A DNA stretch of 34,320 nt from Trypethelium eluteriae (taxonomy: Eukaryota): NCBI GenBank assembly GCA_051942245.1, contig JAVECL010000231.1:1-34320 (forward strand), in the 5' to 3' direction. The notes beneath the pieces are model-generated. The model made no database searches and was not told the DNA's origin. It worked only from the letters and a program-made list of their open reading frames with translations. The position numbers and the translations under genes were made by a program. Position 1 is the first letter of the stretch. Each line of letters begins with the position of its first letter. Shown piece after piece: positions 1 to 11,417 of the stretch.

Positions 1-129
1 GGGGAGGCGGTTGAGTTTGATAGTCAGGATGAGGATGAGTGTGAGGATTTGTTCGCGGGCGTGTGGAGTCCGGCGTTAGCGAGACGCAGGAGGAAGAGCA
101 GGAGATTTTCGGCGATCGGGCATAGCTGA
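1..129 (+). CDS. 3' end of an unidentified gene entering from the left edge
   Basis: Frame 1 is open from base 1 (GEAVEFDSQDEDECEDLFAGVWSPALARRRRKSRRFSAIGHS) to TGA at 127-129, followed by T-rich 3'-UTR-like sequence and converging on REV1. No recognisable domain. Confidence 0.45.
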   Translation, partial: GEAVEFDSQDEDECEDLFAGVWSPALARRRRKSRRFSAIGHS

Positions 130-492
130 GGCAAGGTAAAAGGGGAAGGCTGGGGTGGGATGACAAAGGAAGAGGATTTAAAATGCATCATGACTGACGA
201 TATTAATCAAATGGGGGGGCCGACGCAGTTTTGGCGTTGTTGCTTGGTTGTCATTGCTCCGAGGTTTTTGTGTTTCATTTTCTTTTTCTTTTCGACTGTT
301 GCGCAGTCTTAATGTGATACCCAGGGAACTACGCGTTGGCAGATCTTGGCTCAGATTGCAGATCCATCTACCTGTTTGAATTTCATATATTTTACAGTAC
401 GAAATTTGGGTATCACGATCAGAAGTGAAATCCTAGGGCAGCGCCTGACATCTGACACAAATCCGTACCACGCATCTTTTGCGTAGCCATAT

Positions 493-3400
493 TCAGAACT
501 GTACCTTCCCCAACCCCCTCGTTTCCACAGCTATCTGCACTGCTTCTTTAATTGTCTCCAGCGCATTCTTCCACTCCCCTGCCATCTTTCCCTGCTGATC
601 CCCTTCTGCCTCTATCACCCATTGTAACCATCCCACCACACTCATCGCCTTGTTCATGTCCCCTTCATCCACTACTACCGCTCTCAAATACTTATTCAGC
701 GCTTCCACATCTTCCTCATAAGGGCCCTCCTCTCGGAACTCCTTGACCCATGCCGAGATCGCGTCTCTTAGCTCTGGTAGATGAGAGAACTTCTTCATCG
801 TGAACGTCGGCGTTGCCGGCCGTGGTGCAAGTTTGATGGTTCGCTCGCGACCCGGCACAATTGCACTGTTCTGATCCTGGATTACAGGGCGCCGAGCGCG
901 GGTGCCGATATCGATGCCAGAGGTGCGCTTGAGGCGCTCGCGCCGCTGCTCCTCCAGGACTTCACGGCGGATGTCTTCCGGGAGGGCGGCGAGAAAGTCT
1001 TCTGAGATTTCGTCGGCTGCTTCTGGGGATTCAGTGCGGGGACGAGTGATGACGAAGGCGGCTTGGGTGAGGGTGGAGGATGAGCCAACTTTAGATGCCC
1101 CTCGACCGCGAGATAGACCACCCCCTCTTTTCCTGGTTAATTGCTTCTTAGCATGCGGCTGTGGACGAGGTTTACTTGGAGAGAGGGGGAGAGAGTGTTC
1201 GAATGATGCTCGATTCTTGTTTTCGTAGAAAGCAGAGATCTCGGCGCGGACTGTAGCCGGCAAGGCTTTGAGTGTCTCTGGATCGAGCTGCGACTCAGTG
1301 GGCAGAAAGTTCGCCAGAACCTCAGACTTGTTCGGTAAAACATTGTTCTCGGAAATCTGTCCGTGTCCAGGCGTTGCATGCTTTATGAGCTTTGACCGTA
1401 TGTCTTCCGGTAGCTCAGCAAGAACTTCAGGATCGACAGCGGTAGGCATGATGAATTGGGTTCCCGCAACATTCAAAGGTTTGCGGCTGGGACTGTCTGA
1501 ATCTCTAAGGCCGTCCGGGACATTCCATTGTTCCACCTCGTTGCTCTTCTCTTTGGGCTTTTTAGGAGTGCGGATATCATCTTGTATAGGATCGTCTACG
1601 GATTTTGCTGCGCTGGCGATGCTCGAGTCCTTCGTCTTGAATTGGAGGAGTTTTTGGCTGCTTTCGAACGTACCATTCACGGTACCTTTACAAGGTTCCA
1701 GTCTGGTCATTTGTACACCGATGCCTCGTAGCTCGCCTGGTGAAAATCCATAACTGCGCAGTATTGATAGAGCCTCTTTGGTCAAGATCCGCGGATCATT
1801 GGTTGCTGTGCCAAGAGCGATACTTTTATTAAACGTGTCGCATTTGCCATGGCCGAGATGCTTTGGTGGATCCAATGGAGCGTCCGGTGCACGGCGCATA
1901 ATTTTCATTGTGAACTGACGACCTTTGACTGACTCAGCCATTAGACGTTTATGGAGTTCGCCACATAAACTTTCAATGAATTCATCAGCCTGCTCCTGCG
2001 TCTCAAAACGGACTCCCCAATTCACTTCGGCAGAAACAGATTTTCGTATAACCTGGTCTCCTACCTCGGTTTTGTCGATGCCTCGTGAATAGTCCCAAAC
2101 TTTCTCTCCGGTTTTGGGGCCGAGCGTTGTAATGAGCTTCTCCTTTGTAAGCTCCCGAATATCACTCACGTAGCGGACTCCAATATCTTCTAGTTTCCCA
2201 CCTATACTGTACGCAACACCGGGTAAATCCTGAACCTCAAGCTTCCCAATGAAATCGAGGACATCTTCCGGTTTTATCTGACATTGTCCAGCTGGCTTTG
2301 CTTTTCGCAATGCCACCTTAGCAAGTAAAATGTTGCCCCCTATACCAACGGAGACCGCACATCCAGCTTCTTCAAGGACCCGATTTCTGACGTTTTGAGC
2401 AATTTCCTCTGCCTTCGTTTGCTCACGATAGATGCTTCCCTCTCTAGGCTGCTTACCATCGCTTCCGCCAGCAATTATGCATTCTGTAGACACGTCTACC
2501 AGAGCCTCGTCAATGCTGACACTCTGGACAATGCCCCCGGTGTTGATGATAGCGCCGTAGAAGATTCTGCTAGCTTCTTCATATGCCGGGAAATCATAGG
2601 GCAGTATCTTGAGATCCGGACAGAGATCCTGAGCCCTCTTCATCCACATGCCGTTCTTGACGCCAAACTTTCGCGCCGGATAGTTGCAGCTTGCAATTTC
2701 GGAGCCAGAACCGCCCCCGTGTGCTACGACGGCGGGCTTATCTCTGAATTGTGGACATTTCTTGAGAGATACTGCAACGAAGAAGCTATCGAAGTCGACG
2801 TGGAGAATGTACCTGCGAGACCCAGCCAGTCGCTTCGCACGTGTTTTTTGCGAGGACGTCTTCTCCGAGGCCATTTTCTGGAGCTGCGACTTCAGATTGG
2901 CCTTCCAGGTTGATAAGTGATGCAAACGAGACTCGCGGTAATATTGCTCTAAGAAGTCAGGATTGACGACTGTCGATTTCCGGATGCGGGGGTCTGCCAG
3001 CAAAATTGCATTATGTTCCTCAGCTGTCAGTCCCGCTCGTCTCGAAGGCGATCCAGTGTCTGACTTGATGTTGGGCTTTAGTTTGGGAGAGTTCTTGTCA
3101 CGACCTTCAGGAGAAGCCGGTCGTATGAAGTACTGTAGATTATCATCTTGATCCAGGACATTTTGTTCTAGAGTTCTAGAAGACCGCCTTGGAGTTTTCT
3201 GTTCCTTCGATGTCTCTATTATTCCTTTACTCAAAGCAAGGCCATTGGCCTGGGAGACGTCGTAAAGTGAGGAGGAATCTAAGGTGTCTGATGCTTTTTG
3301 ATTAAGTTGGTTGACTGAGTTGGATGGATTGGCGCTCGTAAGAAACGGGCTTCCTTCTTCTAAAAATGGGGATGATGTTTGCTGATCTAAGGAATTCTTT

Positions 3401-4113
3401 TCTGCTACGCTCACAGTTGCCTCGTCGCCTTGTCCATCGTAATCCATTGATTCTCCGTCGTCTAATTTATTCTCTTTCAGTATCTGTCCATCGAGCCGTG
3501 CGTTATACCAACTGGTATCCGACTGATCTCGATAGCCTCTGAACTGGAGGTTCCTCTGACTCACCATGCGGCCACTGTCAAACTGCAGGACCTTTTGACC
3601 GGCGCCCTCGTCAACGACGGAATAGGTGTTCCATGGTAACAACCGGCCAGCGTTTACGCTGTCGACTACCCATGCTGGCTTGACGATCCTAAATCTTCGA
3701 AACTCCTCGATTTTCTTCGGGGTCAGATTACTGGCGATAATATGCGTCACCTGCGTCTTTCCGTCAAGGTATTGGATGAAACCTCCGCCATGCGAGACGA
3801 TGAGTTTGTGAAGGTCGTTCAAAGACGGTTGAGTGTATCCGTTGACATGGGCGACGATCCCGCGGAATATTAAAGGATTCTCGGAAGACTGCGCGCGTAA
3901 TTCGGCGTCGAGATTCTGAAGCTTGATCTTCTTGCGACGGAAGTAGTCGGGAAAGCCTCCGAACTTGGAGGGTTCGTATTCTTCACCCTCTTCATTTTCA
4001 AAGCCGTCTAGATAACTGTCAGCAAAAGTTTCTGGATACTCTAGTGGCGGAGTCTGACGTTCTTCAATGCGCTTTCGAGTAGCATTTGAGTTGTTCTCTA
4101 GTCTTGAGCCCAT
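493..4113 (-). CDS. REV1: DNA repair protein Rev1 (Y-family translesion deoxycytidyl transferase)
   Basis: Uninterrupted 1206-aa ORF. N-terminal BRCT (GIVAHVNGYTQPS...THIIASNL...KPAWVVDS), SRLHHLSTWK N-digit, Y-family motifs HVDFDSFF, SCNYPARKFG and SIDEA, UBM-like repeats (ELPEDIR, ALPATVR, ALPEDIR), and a C-terminal Rev1 helical domain. Confidence 0.97.
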   Translation of the reverse strand: MGSRLENNSNATRKRIEERQTPPLEYPETFADSYLDGFENEEGEEYEPSKFGGFPDYFRRKKIKLQNLDAELRAQSSENPLIFRGIVAHVNGYTQPSLNDLHKLIVSHGGGFIQYLDGKTQVTHIIASNLTPKKIEEFRRFRIVKPAWVVDSVNAGRLLPWNTYSVVDEGAGQKVLQFDSGRMVSQRNLQFRGYRDQSDTSWYNARLDGQILKENKLDDGESMDYDGQGDEATVSVAEKNSLDQQTSSPFLEEGSPFLTSANPSNSVNQLNQKASDTLDSSSLYDVSQANGLALSKGIIETSKEQKTPRRSSRTLEQNVLDQDDNLQYFIRPASPEGRDKNSPKLKPNIKSDTGSPSRRAGLTAEEHNAILLADPRIRKSTVVNPDFLEQYYRESRLHHLSTWKANLKSQLQKMASEKTSSQKTRAKRLAGSRRYILHVDFDSFFVAVSLKKCPQFRDKPAVVAHGGGSGSEIASCNYPARKFGVKNGMWMKRAQDLCPDLKILPYDFPAYEEASRIFYGAIINTGGIVQSVSIDEALVDVSTECIIAGGSDGKQPREGSIYREQTKAEEIAQNVRNRVLEEAGCAVSVGIGGNILLAKVALRKAKPAGQCQIKPEDVLDFIGKLEVQDLPGVAYSIGGKLEDIGVRYVSDIRELTKEKLITTLGPKTGEKVWDYSRGIDKTEVGDQVIRKSVSAEVNWGVRFETQEQADEFIESLCGELHKRLMAESVKGRQFTMKIMRRAPDAPLDPPKHLGHGKCDTFNKSIALGTATNDPRILTKEALSILRSYGFSPGELRGIGVQMTRLEPCKGTVNGTFESSQKLLQFKTKDSSIASAAKSVDDPIQDDIRTPKKPKEKSNEVEQWNVPDGLRDSDSPSRKPLNVAGTQFIMPTAVDPEVLAELPEDIRSKLIKHATPGHGQISENNVLPNKSEVLANFLPTESQLDPETLKALPATVRAEISAFYENKNRASFEHSLPLSPSKPRPQPHAKKQLTRKRGGGLSRGRGASKVGSSSTLTQAAFVITRPRTESPEAADEISEDFLAALPEDIRREVLEEQRRERLKRTSGIDIGTRARRPVIQDQNSAIVPGRERTIKLAPRPATPTFTMKKFSHLPELRDAISAWVKEFREEGPYEEDVEALNKYLRAVVVDEGDMNKAMSVVGWLQWVIEAEGDQQGKMAGEWKNALETIKEAVQIAVETRGLGKVQF

Positions 4114-4325
4114 GTAAGCAGTGATTAGACTACTCTAAGCGTTGCAAATCCAAAAAAGAGAGCGACATTTGTTGAATAGAATCAATGGGAAATGAGAGCT
4201 TCAAGCAGAAAGGTTGGCGAATAACAATCCGTCGCGGAACGATTATGCAGCGGTGCAGCCATCGAAGAGGTGGAAGGCAAACGCGAGCGATGACGATACC
4301 GCGCGCACGAGGGTTCTGCCCCACA

Positions 4326-4331
4326 ACGCGT
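4326..4331. promoter_or_regulatory. MCB-like element (ACGCGT) in the REV1/FKBP divergent promoter
   Basis: Exact ACGCGT about 210 bp upstream of the REV1 ATG, with further CGCG cores at ~4282-4305. MCB boxes are typical of fungal G1/S and DNA-repair genes. Function is inferred. Confidence 0.4.
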
Positions 4332-4576
4332 TCAAACCGCTAACCACCTACCTAGCTCATATTAGGTCTAGTGCCGAGCCTATCTAGTAGTAGATTAACG
4401 GATATAAGTTATTGCGGTGTGTGTATCGGGCGGTCAGTAGGAAAAAGTTGGACGGCAGAAAAGTGGAGGTGGACTCGGTCTACTCGCACCGCTGCCTTAA
4501 GTTTTCCTTTCCACTCACTCTCCACCCATCTCGACACCCACCGGATCGACCTAGACCTTCACCAAGAAGCGCCGCT

Positions 4577-6518
4577 ATGTCGACTCTGCTTCCAGTTGCA
4601 GTCTACGGACTCAAAGTCCCGGCTGGCGATGTTCCTATCCCAGCAGTACCTGAATTTCCAGCTACTGTAAGTTGATAGATATGCCTCGACTTGGAGTAAC
4701 GTAGTCGCGGTCAAATAAGCGCATTCACGCTCGACTACCGATACTTTCGGAAGTTGCCTATTATGCTCGTCGCTTTTCCAATGTTGCGGAGCGACACATA
4801 TTAGGGTCTGACTGTCACCCGCTCTTCTATCTTTTATCTTCTTTACCACTTTGCCTAGCTATGACTTCTCTACCTATGAGCTCCAATCCTTTGGGCGTAG
4901 ATTGACATGGATTAAGCCCAGCACTCTTTGCCATTCCATTGACATTACTGCAATACAATTCACAGCTATTACCATCAAGAATCTTTGGTTCATCGCCTTG
5001 CTAATACATATTGTTGATAGTTTCGTATAACTATGGCCGCTCTGGACCCAAGCGCACCGGCACAAGAGGACGAGAACGTCCCTGCTAATGCTCCTCGCGC
5101 TACTCTCAAGATAATCCGCGAAAGTGGGAATGCCGAGGACGACGACGACGATGATGACGACTTTGATGTCGATCAGATGAGTGCTTTACTCGGCGGAGAT
5201 GACGAAGAGGAAGACAGCGAAGAGGATGATGAGGAGACTGAGAAGAAAAAAATTGCGAATGGTGAAGGACCAAGTGACCCGTCTAAGGCCGTCAAAGCCC
5301 GTGCGGAAGCGCTCAAGAAAGAACTCGAGAAAGATGAGGATGACGAGATGGAGGATGGCGTTCCAAACGGCGTCAATGGTACCAAAATACTCAAAAAGGG
5401 CAAGGCTAAGGCAAGTGAAGATGATGACGAGGATGACGAGGACGAGGAGGACGATGAGGATGACGAAGATGAAATTGAAGAGTTTGTCATCTGCACCTTG
5501 GATCCAAATAAGGTATGAATTATTGCGCAATTAGGCTGGTCGCGAGCGTTCTTTCTAACACATCTTGTTGTAGAATTATCAACAGCCTCTTGACATCACG
5601 GTTGGTGAAGACGAGCGCGTCTTCTTCGTGGTCTCTGGGACCCACGATATCTTCCTCACTGGGAATTACGTCATTCCCTCAAATGGCGGACTTGATGACT
5701 ACGATGAAGACGATGAAGGCTACGACTTGTCTCCAGACGAGGATGAATTAGACGAGGGTGACTCTGAGGAAGACGAGCTTGATGATATGGACGATCCAAG
5801 AATCACCGAGCTCGATGAAGAGGAGGTACCTAAATTAATCAAGGCAGCAGATAAGAAAGGCAAGAACAAACGTGCTGCAGAGTCCGATGACGAGGATGAG
5901 GACGAAGAGACCATTGAAAAGCTCATTAGGCAGGAACAAGTGCCGAACAAGGAGCAGAAGCTCAGCAAAAAGCAAGCCAAAAAATTGAAGAACAGCAAAG
6001 GTGAAGCTATCACCTCAGTACAACCCGAGATGGTCAAGGAAGAGCCGCAAGCCAAGGAGGGTGCAAGCAAGAATGAAAAGAAAGTTCAATTCGCTAAAAA
6101 TCTTGAGCAAGGCCCGACCATTTCCCCCAAGACCGAGGCAAAGCAGGAGAACAAGAACGGTGAAAAGCCGAAGGCAACCTTGGGCGTGAAGGTCGTGCAA
6201 GGGGTCAAGCTTGATGACAAGAAACTTGGTGTTGGCCCGGCTGCGAAGAAGGGCGACCGCGTCGACATGCGGTACATTGGCAAGCTGGAAAAAGATGGCA
6301 AAGTCTTCGACTCAAACAAGAAGGGAAAGCCATTCTCATTCAAGCTCGGCACCAATGAGGTCATCAAAGGCTGGGACATTGGAGTTGCGGGAATGAGTGT
6401 TGGTGGTGAACGAAGAATCTCGGTGCCCGCGAACTTGGCCTATGGCAATAAAGGCATGCCAGGAATCCCGGCAAACTCTCCGCTGGTGTTTGACGTCAAG
6501 CTATTGGCTATCAAATAA
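4577..6518 (+). CDS. FPR4: Nucleolar FK506-binding peptidyl-prolyl isomerase (Fpr3/Fpr4-type; nucleoplasmin-like domain, acidic tracts, FKBP domain). Exons 4577-4666, 5021-5512, 5574-6518
   Basis: [31 protein letters not shown] and [22 protein letters not shown] join through GT-AG introns with CTAA-type branch sites. D/E-rich tracts. C-terminal FKBP ([54 protein letters not shown]). Confidence 0.95.
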
Positions 6519-7656
6519 GGAAAACACTGGAATGAGAACTTTAAAGTTGCATGTGGGTTTCTTTCATTTGGTATCATTTGCATTGGTCTCGGCTTCTCAT
6601 CTCACTTAGATGTATCAAGATTTCTGTCTGTTACTCCACTTTGCCTGTCGAGCTCCTCAAGTCGATCTGAAGGTCGTTTGAAGGATATCTTAGCCGCAAT
6701 TACTAGGCTGGCTGCGTTTGGTTCTTTCTTTTGCACGAGATACCCGACTTGCATTTGAGCTGTACCATAGATGGCATCTGCAGGGAGGAGGGTTCCTCGC
6801 GCAAAGCAGTAATGTCTTCTTGCTTTTACCAAACTATCAAAAGCCCAGGAGGATTTTCTTTACTAGATCCTCATACTTGTAGCTAGCTGATCTCCTTGAA
6901 AAAGAAGATTCAACTTCACCTTCCCTCATATGAGACCGGTTGGCCTTTGGGAACTTAAATGTGACATTGCTGAGATCATTGTCGATCATGAGAGATCGAG
7001 ATGGGAACCGTTGCTCAGTGTATCCTGAGCCTTATTCGAGATTGAGGGACTAGAGACGATGCCGGTTGCAGAAAGGTCTATTCCAGTCATTCTGATACCT
7101 GGTCCAAGCATCCAGAGTCTTGGCCGGCAAATTGAGGCTCCTGGCCGGCAAAATTGCCGCTGAACCCCCGACGCGCCTTTCGCACAACTGCATCCATTTG
7201 CTTATAGCCTGTCTCATTCATGAGGATGCTCTATCCACGCCGTCACGAGTTGGAGACGTAGAAATGACAATTGCGAAATCAATTGATCAGAGCTGAACTT
7301 CCAACAAAGTATCGCCAAGTTCGAGTCGTGCTTTTCCTGTCTTCAGCGTCGGAGGGCCGACACCCGGGATGCTTCAGCGTGAAACTCACCTCAGACGAAG
7401 ACGCCGCGCGACATCGAACAGTCTAATACCTCAACATGGCTCCACCATGGCAGGCAGGTCTTGGCCTTTTTCCCCAGCACACCCTCCCACCTTCCTTTCT
7501 TTCATGCCACTCTATTGAACTTGCATACGCTTGAAAACACCACGCTCATTTACTGTTTTGCCCAGCTGGCTGGTCGTCTTCTTCGAGGACTCATAGTCGT
7601 TGACCGACTGTCACTCATTCATTCCTTTAAGAAGATAGCCGTTTAATCTCGCAGCC

Positions 7657-8472
7657 ATGGTGAACAAAATCATACTTACGTTCATCGGAACGAATTTCCT
7701 CTTCCTGGTCGGCGGTGCGCTGTTGACTGCTTTCGCGGTTGTGAGTAGGAACGATATGGAGCAGAAGACAACAGTCTCCAATGTCGCGAACAATCTGTTG
7801 CTTTCCAAGTCTCCCGTTACCGGTATGCCATCTCCAGACTTCGAACCGCCGCTAGATCTCTTCAAAGCACTGCTAATGATATGGACAGCAACGCTCATCA
7901 ACGCTATCTTCGTCTTCGCAACCTTCCTTACCGCTCTTCCGGCTTTCATACTGCCACTCAACCGCCTCTTCCTCAAACTTCACGGTTGGCTCGTCGTCAT
8001 GTGCGCAACTTTCACCATGATTATTGGACTCATCCTGTGGTTCGACACGTTGAAGACCAAGGCCAACCTGAAGACGCTCTGGGGGGAGCAGCCGCAGATC
8101 GATCAAAGCTTGCTACAAATGAAATTTAATTGCTGTGGCTACGCTAATAGTACAAGCCCGCCGTTCATCCAGGACTCGACCTGCACGGCGGATTTGGTGG
8201 CAGCGACTAAGGGAGGTTGCATGACACCCTTCACCAATTTCTCGAACCGCTTTTTGGACCTGATCTTCACGGCTGCGTTCGGTATCGTTGGTATGTATAC
8301 AAAGCTTCAGTCAAGGCAATACAAGATGGGTATGGGACACAACGCTAATGACATACCATTATCCGTAGGCCTCGATGTGATCCACCTCCTCTCTACAGTC
8401 GTTGTCATCAAGAATAGACAAGAACTCGAGCGCTACCGCCACATCGACGAGAAGATCAACAACGGTATCTAA
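7657..8472 (+). CDS. PLS1: Pls1-type fungal tetraspanin. Probable introns 7823-7888 and 8291-8368
   Basis: Four hydrophobic segments and a large extracellular loop with CCGY plus further Cys (FNCCGYANSTSPPFIQDSTC...GGC). Two GTATG..CTAA..AG introns are present in frame in the ORF-track translation. Confidence 0.85.
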   Translation: MVNKIILTFIGTNFLFLVGGALLTAFAVVSRNDMEQKTTVSNVANNLLLSKSPVTGMPSPDFEPPLDLFKALLMIWTATLINAIFVFATFLTALPAFILPLNRLFLKLHGWLVVMCATFTMIIGLILWFDTLKTKANLKTLWGEQPQIDQSLLQMKFNCCGYANSTSPPFIQDSTCTADLVAATKGGCMTPFTNFSNRFLDLIFTAAFGIVGMYTKLQSRQYKMGMGHNANDIPLSVGLDVIHLLSTVVVIKNRQELERYRHIDEKINNGI

Positions 8473-9581
8473 ACCGTTCAACATCGATGCAAATAAAAGA
8501 TGGTAGTGAGAAAGAGAGGCATTTGAGACCAGTCCAGTCCCCACACAAGTAATCCTATTCCCTTCATGCGTGTCTGCTCCGGATCTGGTTGTAGCTTGGA
8601 TGACAAAGTTTGCTTGCAAGGATCTTTTTTTCGGGGGGAATATTTAGACTGTATCACAAGATGGGAGTTTTTGTCCGACTAACTAGATGTACCTTTCTCC
8701 CATCTTTTTCTAGCTTAGTTTTTGTAACTGTGCGCTGAACTCCACAACAATTTTCATCTACTCTTTCATCATTGGTGAATCTTATTCATATTCAGGCGAT
8801 CCATTCTCGTACTCGATTCTGAGGATCTGGAAACTTACCTGGGGTGCCGCCGAACCACGCTATTTAAGATCGAGTTTCCCAGTTAGCTCTGGTTTCCAAG
8901 ATATTTGACCTTGGTGGTGTCTGGAGTCTGGACGCTCTATCTCCATCTTCTCAACTGTCGGATGAGACGGCCAATCCAACCGAGAGCGGCAATCAGAGGA
9001 GTTTACCTTATTATACGCGTTCAGCCTGTCATACCAATCCATAGATTCCATGATCCTCTTGATCGCTACAACCTACGTTTCCTTGAAGGATTGAGAGGCA
9101 GGAAATGGACGAGCAGATTCTTACCATGCTGCCGGCACAACGGCCTCGATACTCTGGGTTCCGAGGCAAGGCGTGCAAATAGGGAAGAACCCTTAGAGGT
9201 GAATACATCCTCCAGGCAGTTGCATTGTACAAGGTACTTTTCGGAATATCAAGTCAATCGAATGTGTATCAATGAACTTAGAACGCTCTGGCGGGTGAAG
9301 GTAGCGGTCAAAGATGCAGGCGTCTGCACAATAACATCTCGATTTATGGACTTCGGGAAAGGGTACCCGGATTAAGTGGAGTGGAAATCATTGACAGATC
9401 CGGATGCACCTGCGTGATTCCGAAGGCCGTCTCCATATTCCATCCCAAGTACTTCTATCAGAAATCAATTTTAAGAAGAATGTCTCTAAAGTACGAGTTT
9501 GTCCATGTGCAATAGTATGACCTCATCTAGATGAAGCCTCCACGTATCTATCTTAATTATTACATCGACACTTCAACCACA

Positions 9582-10634
9582 TCATCCACTCTTCGCCGGT
9601 TTAGGAGCGGTAGGCTTGCCATTGGCTGCTGCCTGCTGTGACTTTCCTCCCGGGACCTGCGTACCCTGAGCGGCATCTGTGGCTGTCGCATTCCAAGTAT
9701 CCGGGTGATTTCTATTTGCCTCTTCCAACACTCTCAAATAGTCCTCCCTAACCTTCTTTACATCAGAATAGAGGACTTTACGGCCAGCTCCAACATCATA
9801 GTATAGCTCTTCGGCCTCCAGCAGAACGTTTCGGAGCCCCGTCCTGGTCATTCTCAGACGATTTGGCAAGCCTTGGCCTTTCATGATTGCCAACACGCCT
9901 CCGACGACCGTGCTGACAGCGCCGAGTGTTGCGACTGCGATGTGCGAATCGATGTTCTGTAATGCGCCGAGGACGATGAAGATGGCGGATAGAATGATTT
10001 GAAGAATGAGGAAAACGTAGACGAGCAGATCGTAGACCTTGTACTTCCTGTTGATGTAATTGTGCTCGGTTAACACGGTGCAGTAAAGACCATGCTCGGC
10101 ACTGAGTTTTTTGGGGGTCTGGCCTCTCTGCGCTGGTGGTCGCATGCCCATGAGCCCGTAGAAATCTGGTTCTGTCAAAGGTTCGCCATTGTCCTGCTCT
10201 CTCGCGGCGATTGGGTCCGGGTCAATTGGGCTGGCCATTGCGGTGGGTTTTTTGGGACTGAGTTTGGAGGCGTCTTTGGCGGAGACTGGAGGTAGCGTTT
10301 GAATGGCGCTTGTATTGTTAGGACCAGTAGATTGAGACTGTTTTTGAAGCTCCCCAGTATGCCTCAGATGATGAATGGCGCCGGTGGGATGCTGACAGGT
10401 CGCGTGGTTAGCATAATATTCAGGTGGGCTGAATTCGATTGGCGATAGGCAATGCGCAAGGCGGAGGGCCTGAATTACCTGTACAACAGAGCTCGCGTCT
10501 GTCTCATCATCGTTCTCCGAGCTGGGAGTGCTCGTGGGTGACCTTGTGCGATCTTCAGGTACCGGAGACTTGCTGTGGACGCTCCCACGATAAGATCGAA
10601 GGCTCTTGGTAAGGTCGGCTGGTATTTCATGCAT
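9582..10634 (-). CDS. Fungal SLATT (SMODS/SLOG-associated 2TM) domain protein. True start uncertain; the ATG at 10238 (MASPID) is an alternative
   Basis: Two adjacent TM helices (LLVYVFLILQIILSAIFIVLGAL; IAVATLGAVSTVVGGVLAIM) followed by KGQGLPNRLR, which I recall as typical of SLATT_fungal proteins. Low-complexity N-terminus. Confidence 0.7.
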   Translation of the reverse strand: MHEIPADLTKSLRSYRGSVHSKSPVPEDRTRSPTSTPSSENDDETDASSVVQVIQALRLAHCLSPIEFSPPEYYANHATCQHPTGAIHHLRHTGELQKQSQSTGPNNTSAIQTLPPVSAKDASKLSPKKPTAMASPIDPDPIAAREQDNGEPLTEPDFYGLMGMRPPAQRGQTPKKLSAEHGLYCTVLTEHNYINRKYKVYDLLVYVFLILQIILSAIFIVLGALQNIDSHIAVATLGAVSTVVGGVLAIMKGQGLPNRLRMTRTGLRNVLLEAEELYYDVGAGRKVLYSDVKKVREDYLRVLEEANRNHPDTWNATATDAAQGTQVPGGKSQQAAANGKPTAPKPAKSG

Positions 10635-11417
10635 GCTTTCTGCGGCGCAGCCTGTGGATCGTGAGAGAATTTAGTGGAGGAGATAAGCACGGTGAGTAAT
10701 AATTCATTTTGGCCGTCCCTCAGCTTTGCAGCAATGTGCCACAAATGGCAAACGCACGATCTCGGTATTCCGAATGACGATCATTTGTCTCATTGCAGCC
10801 CCCATCTTGCCCTATCAGTCGATGCAGCCCCCGTTGTTTGGGGTGACTGAAAGGGGAAATGTTGGGTGGCTGGGCTGGATCTCCTGGTCGGAGTTAGCTA
10901 GCTTAAGGGCGGCGGAATGAGCTGAGGAGGCTGACGAGACCTAAGTGAGGCACATAACGTTCGGACAGAACATTGGCTACCAGTCTTCGTTGTGTAACTT
11001 GCAATTGGGGCATATGGAGTGGTTGTCATCAGGCTGAACACCGAATGGCGACTCTATCCAACTCCTTGACCCATTCAGCATATAGGCTGCTCGGTGAGGA
11101 GAAGAGATAGACCGGGCAGATATGCGAACATGACTCTTGCTCACACCCGGTATTTATCGGTATTTATCGGAATTTATGTGTCGGGCAGACACAGCTAGCG
11201 AGGATTTCTAACATCACGTGATTGTGTTTGTACCTTCCGTGGCAAAGATCTATAAGGTCGTTTGCACTGCCAGGATGCATCTCATTTCCGTGCCAATTCC
11301 CTACACTGATGTAGACTTCTATCTTTCTACGTGCCCTGTTGTAGATTGTTCTCTTGGGAGTGGGTGGAGACTCATCACAATCGACCGCTGACCGGTCAAG
11401 ATTCGGCTTGGAACCCC

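Noticed and set aside
5140..5910. GAY/GAR triplet runs and antisense poly-Ser ORFs
   Set aside because: These are the Asp/Glu-rich tracts of the nucleolar FKBP, not independent repeats or genes.
7121..7156. Tandem TGGCCGGCAAA(A)TT motif upstream of the tetraspanin
   Set aside because: It could be a transcription-factor site, but two short copies without comparative data are not enough to call.
8860..9375. Short ORFs between the tetraspanin and SLATT genes
   Set aside because: No recognisable motifs or coherent exon structure, and mostly non-ATG starts. A decayed gene cannot be excluded without BLASTX.
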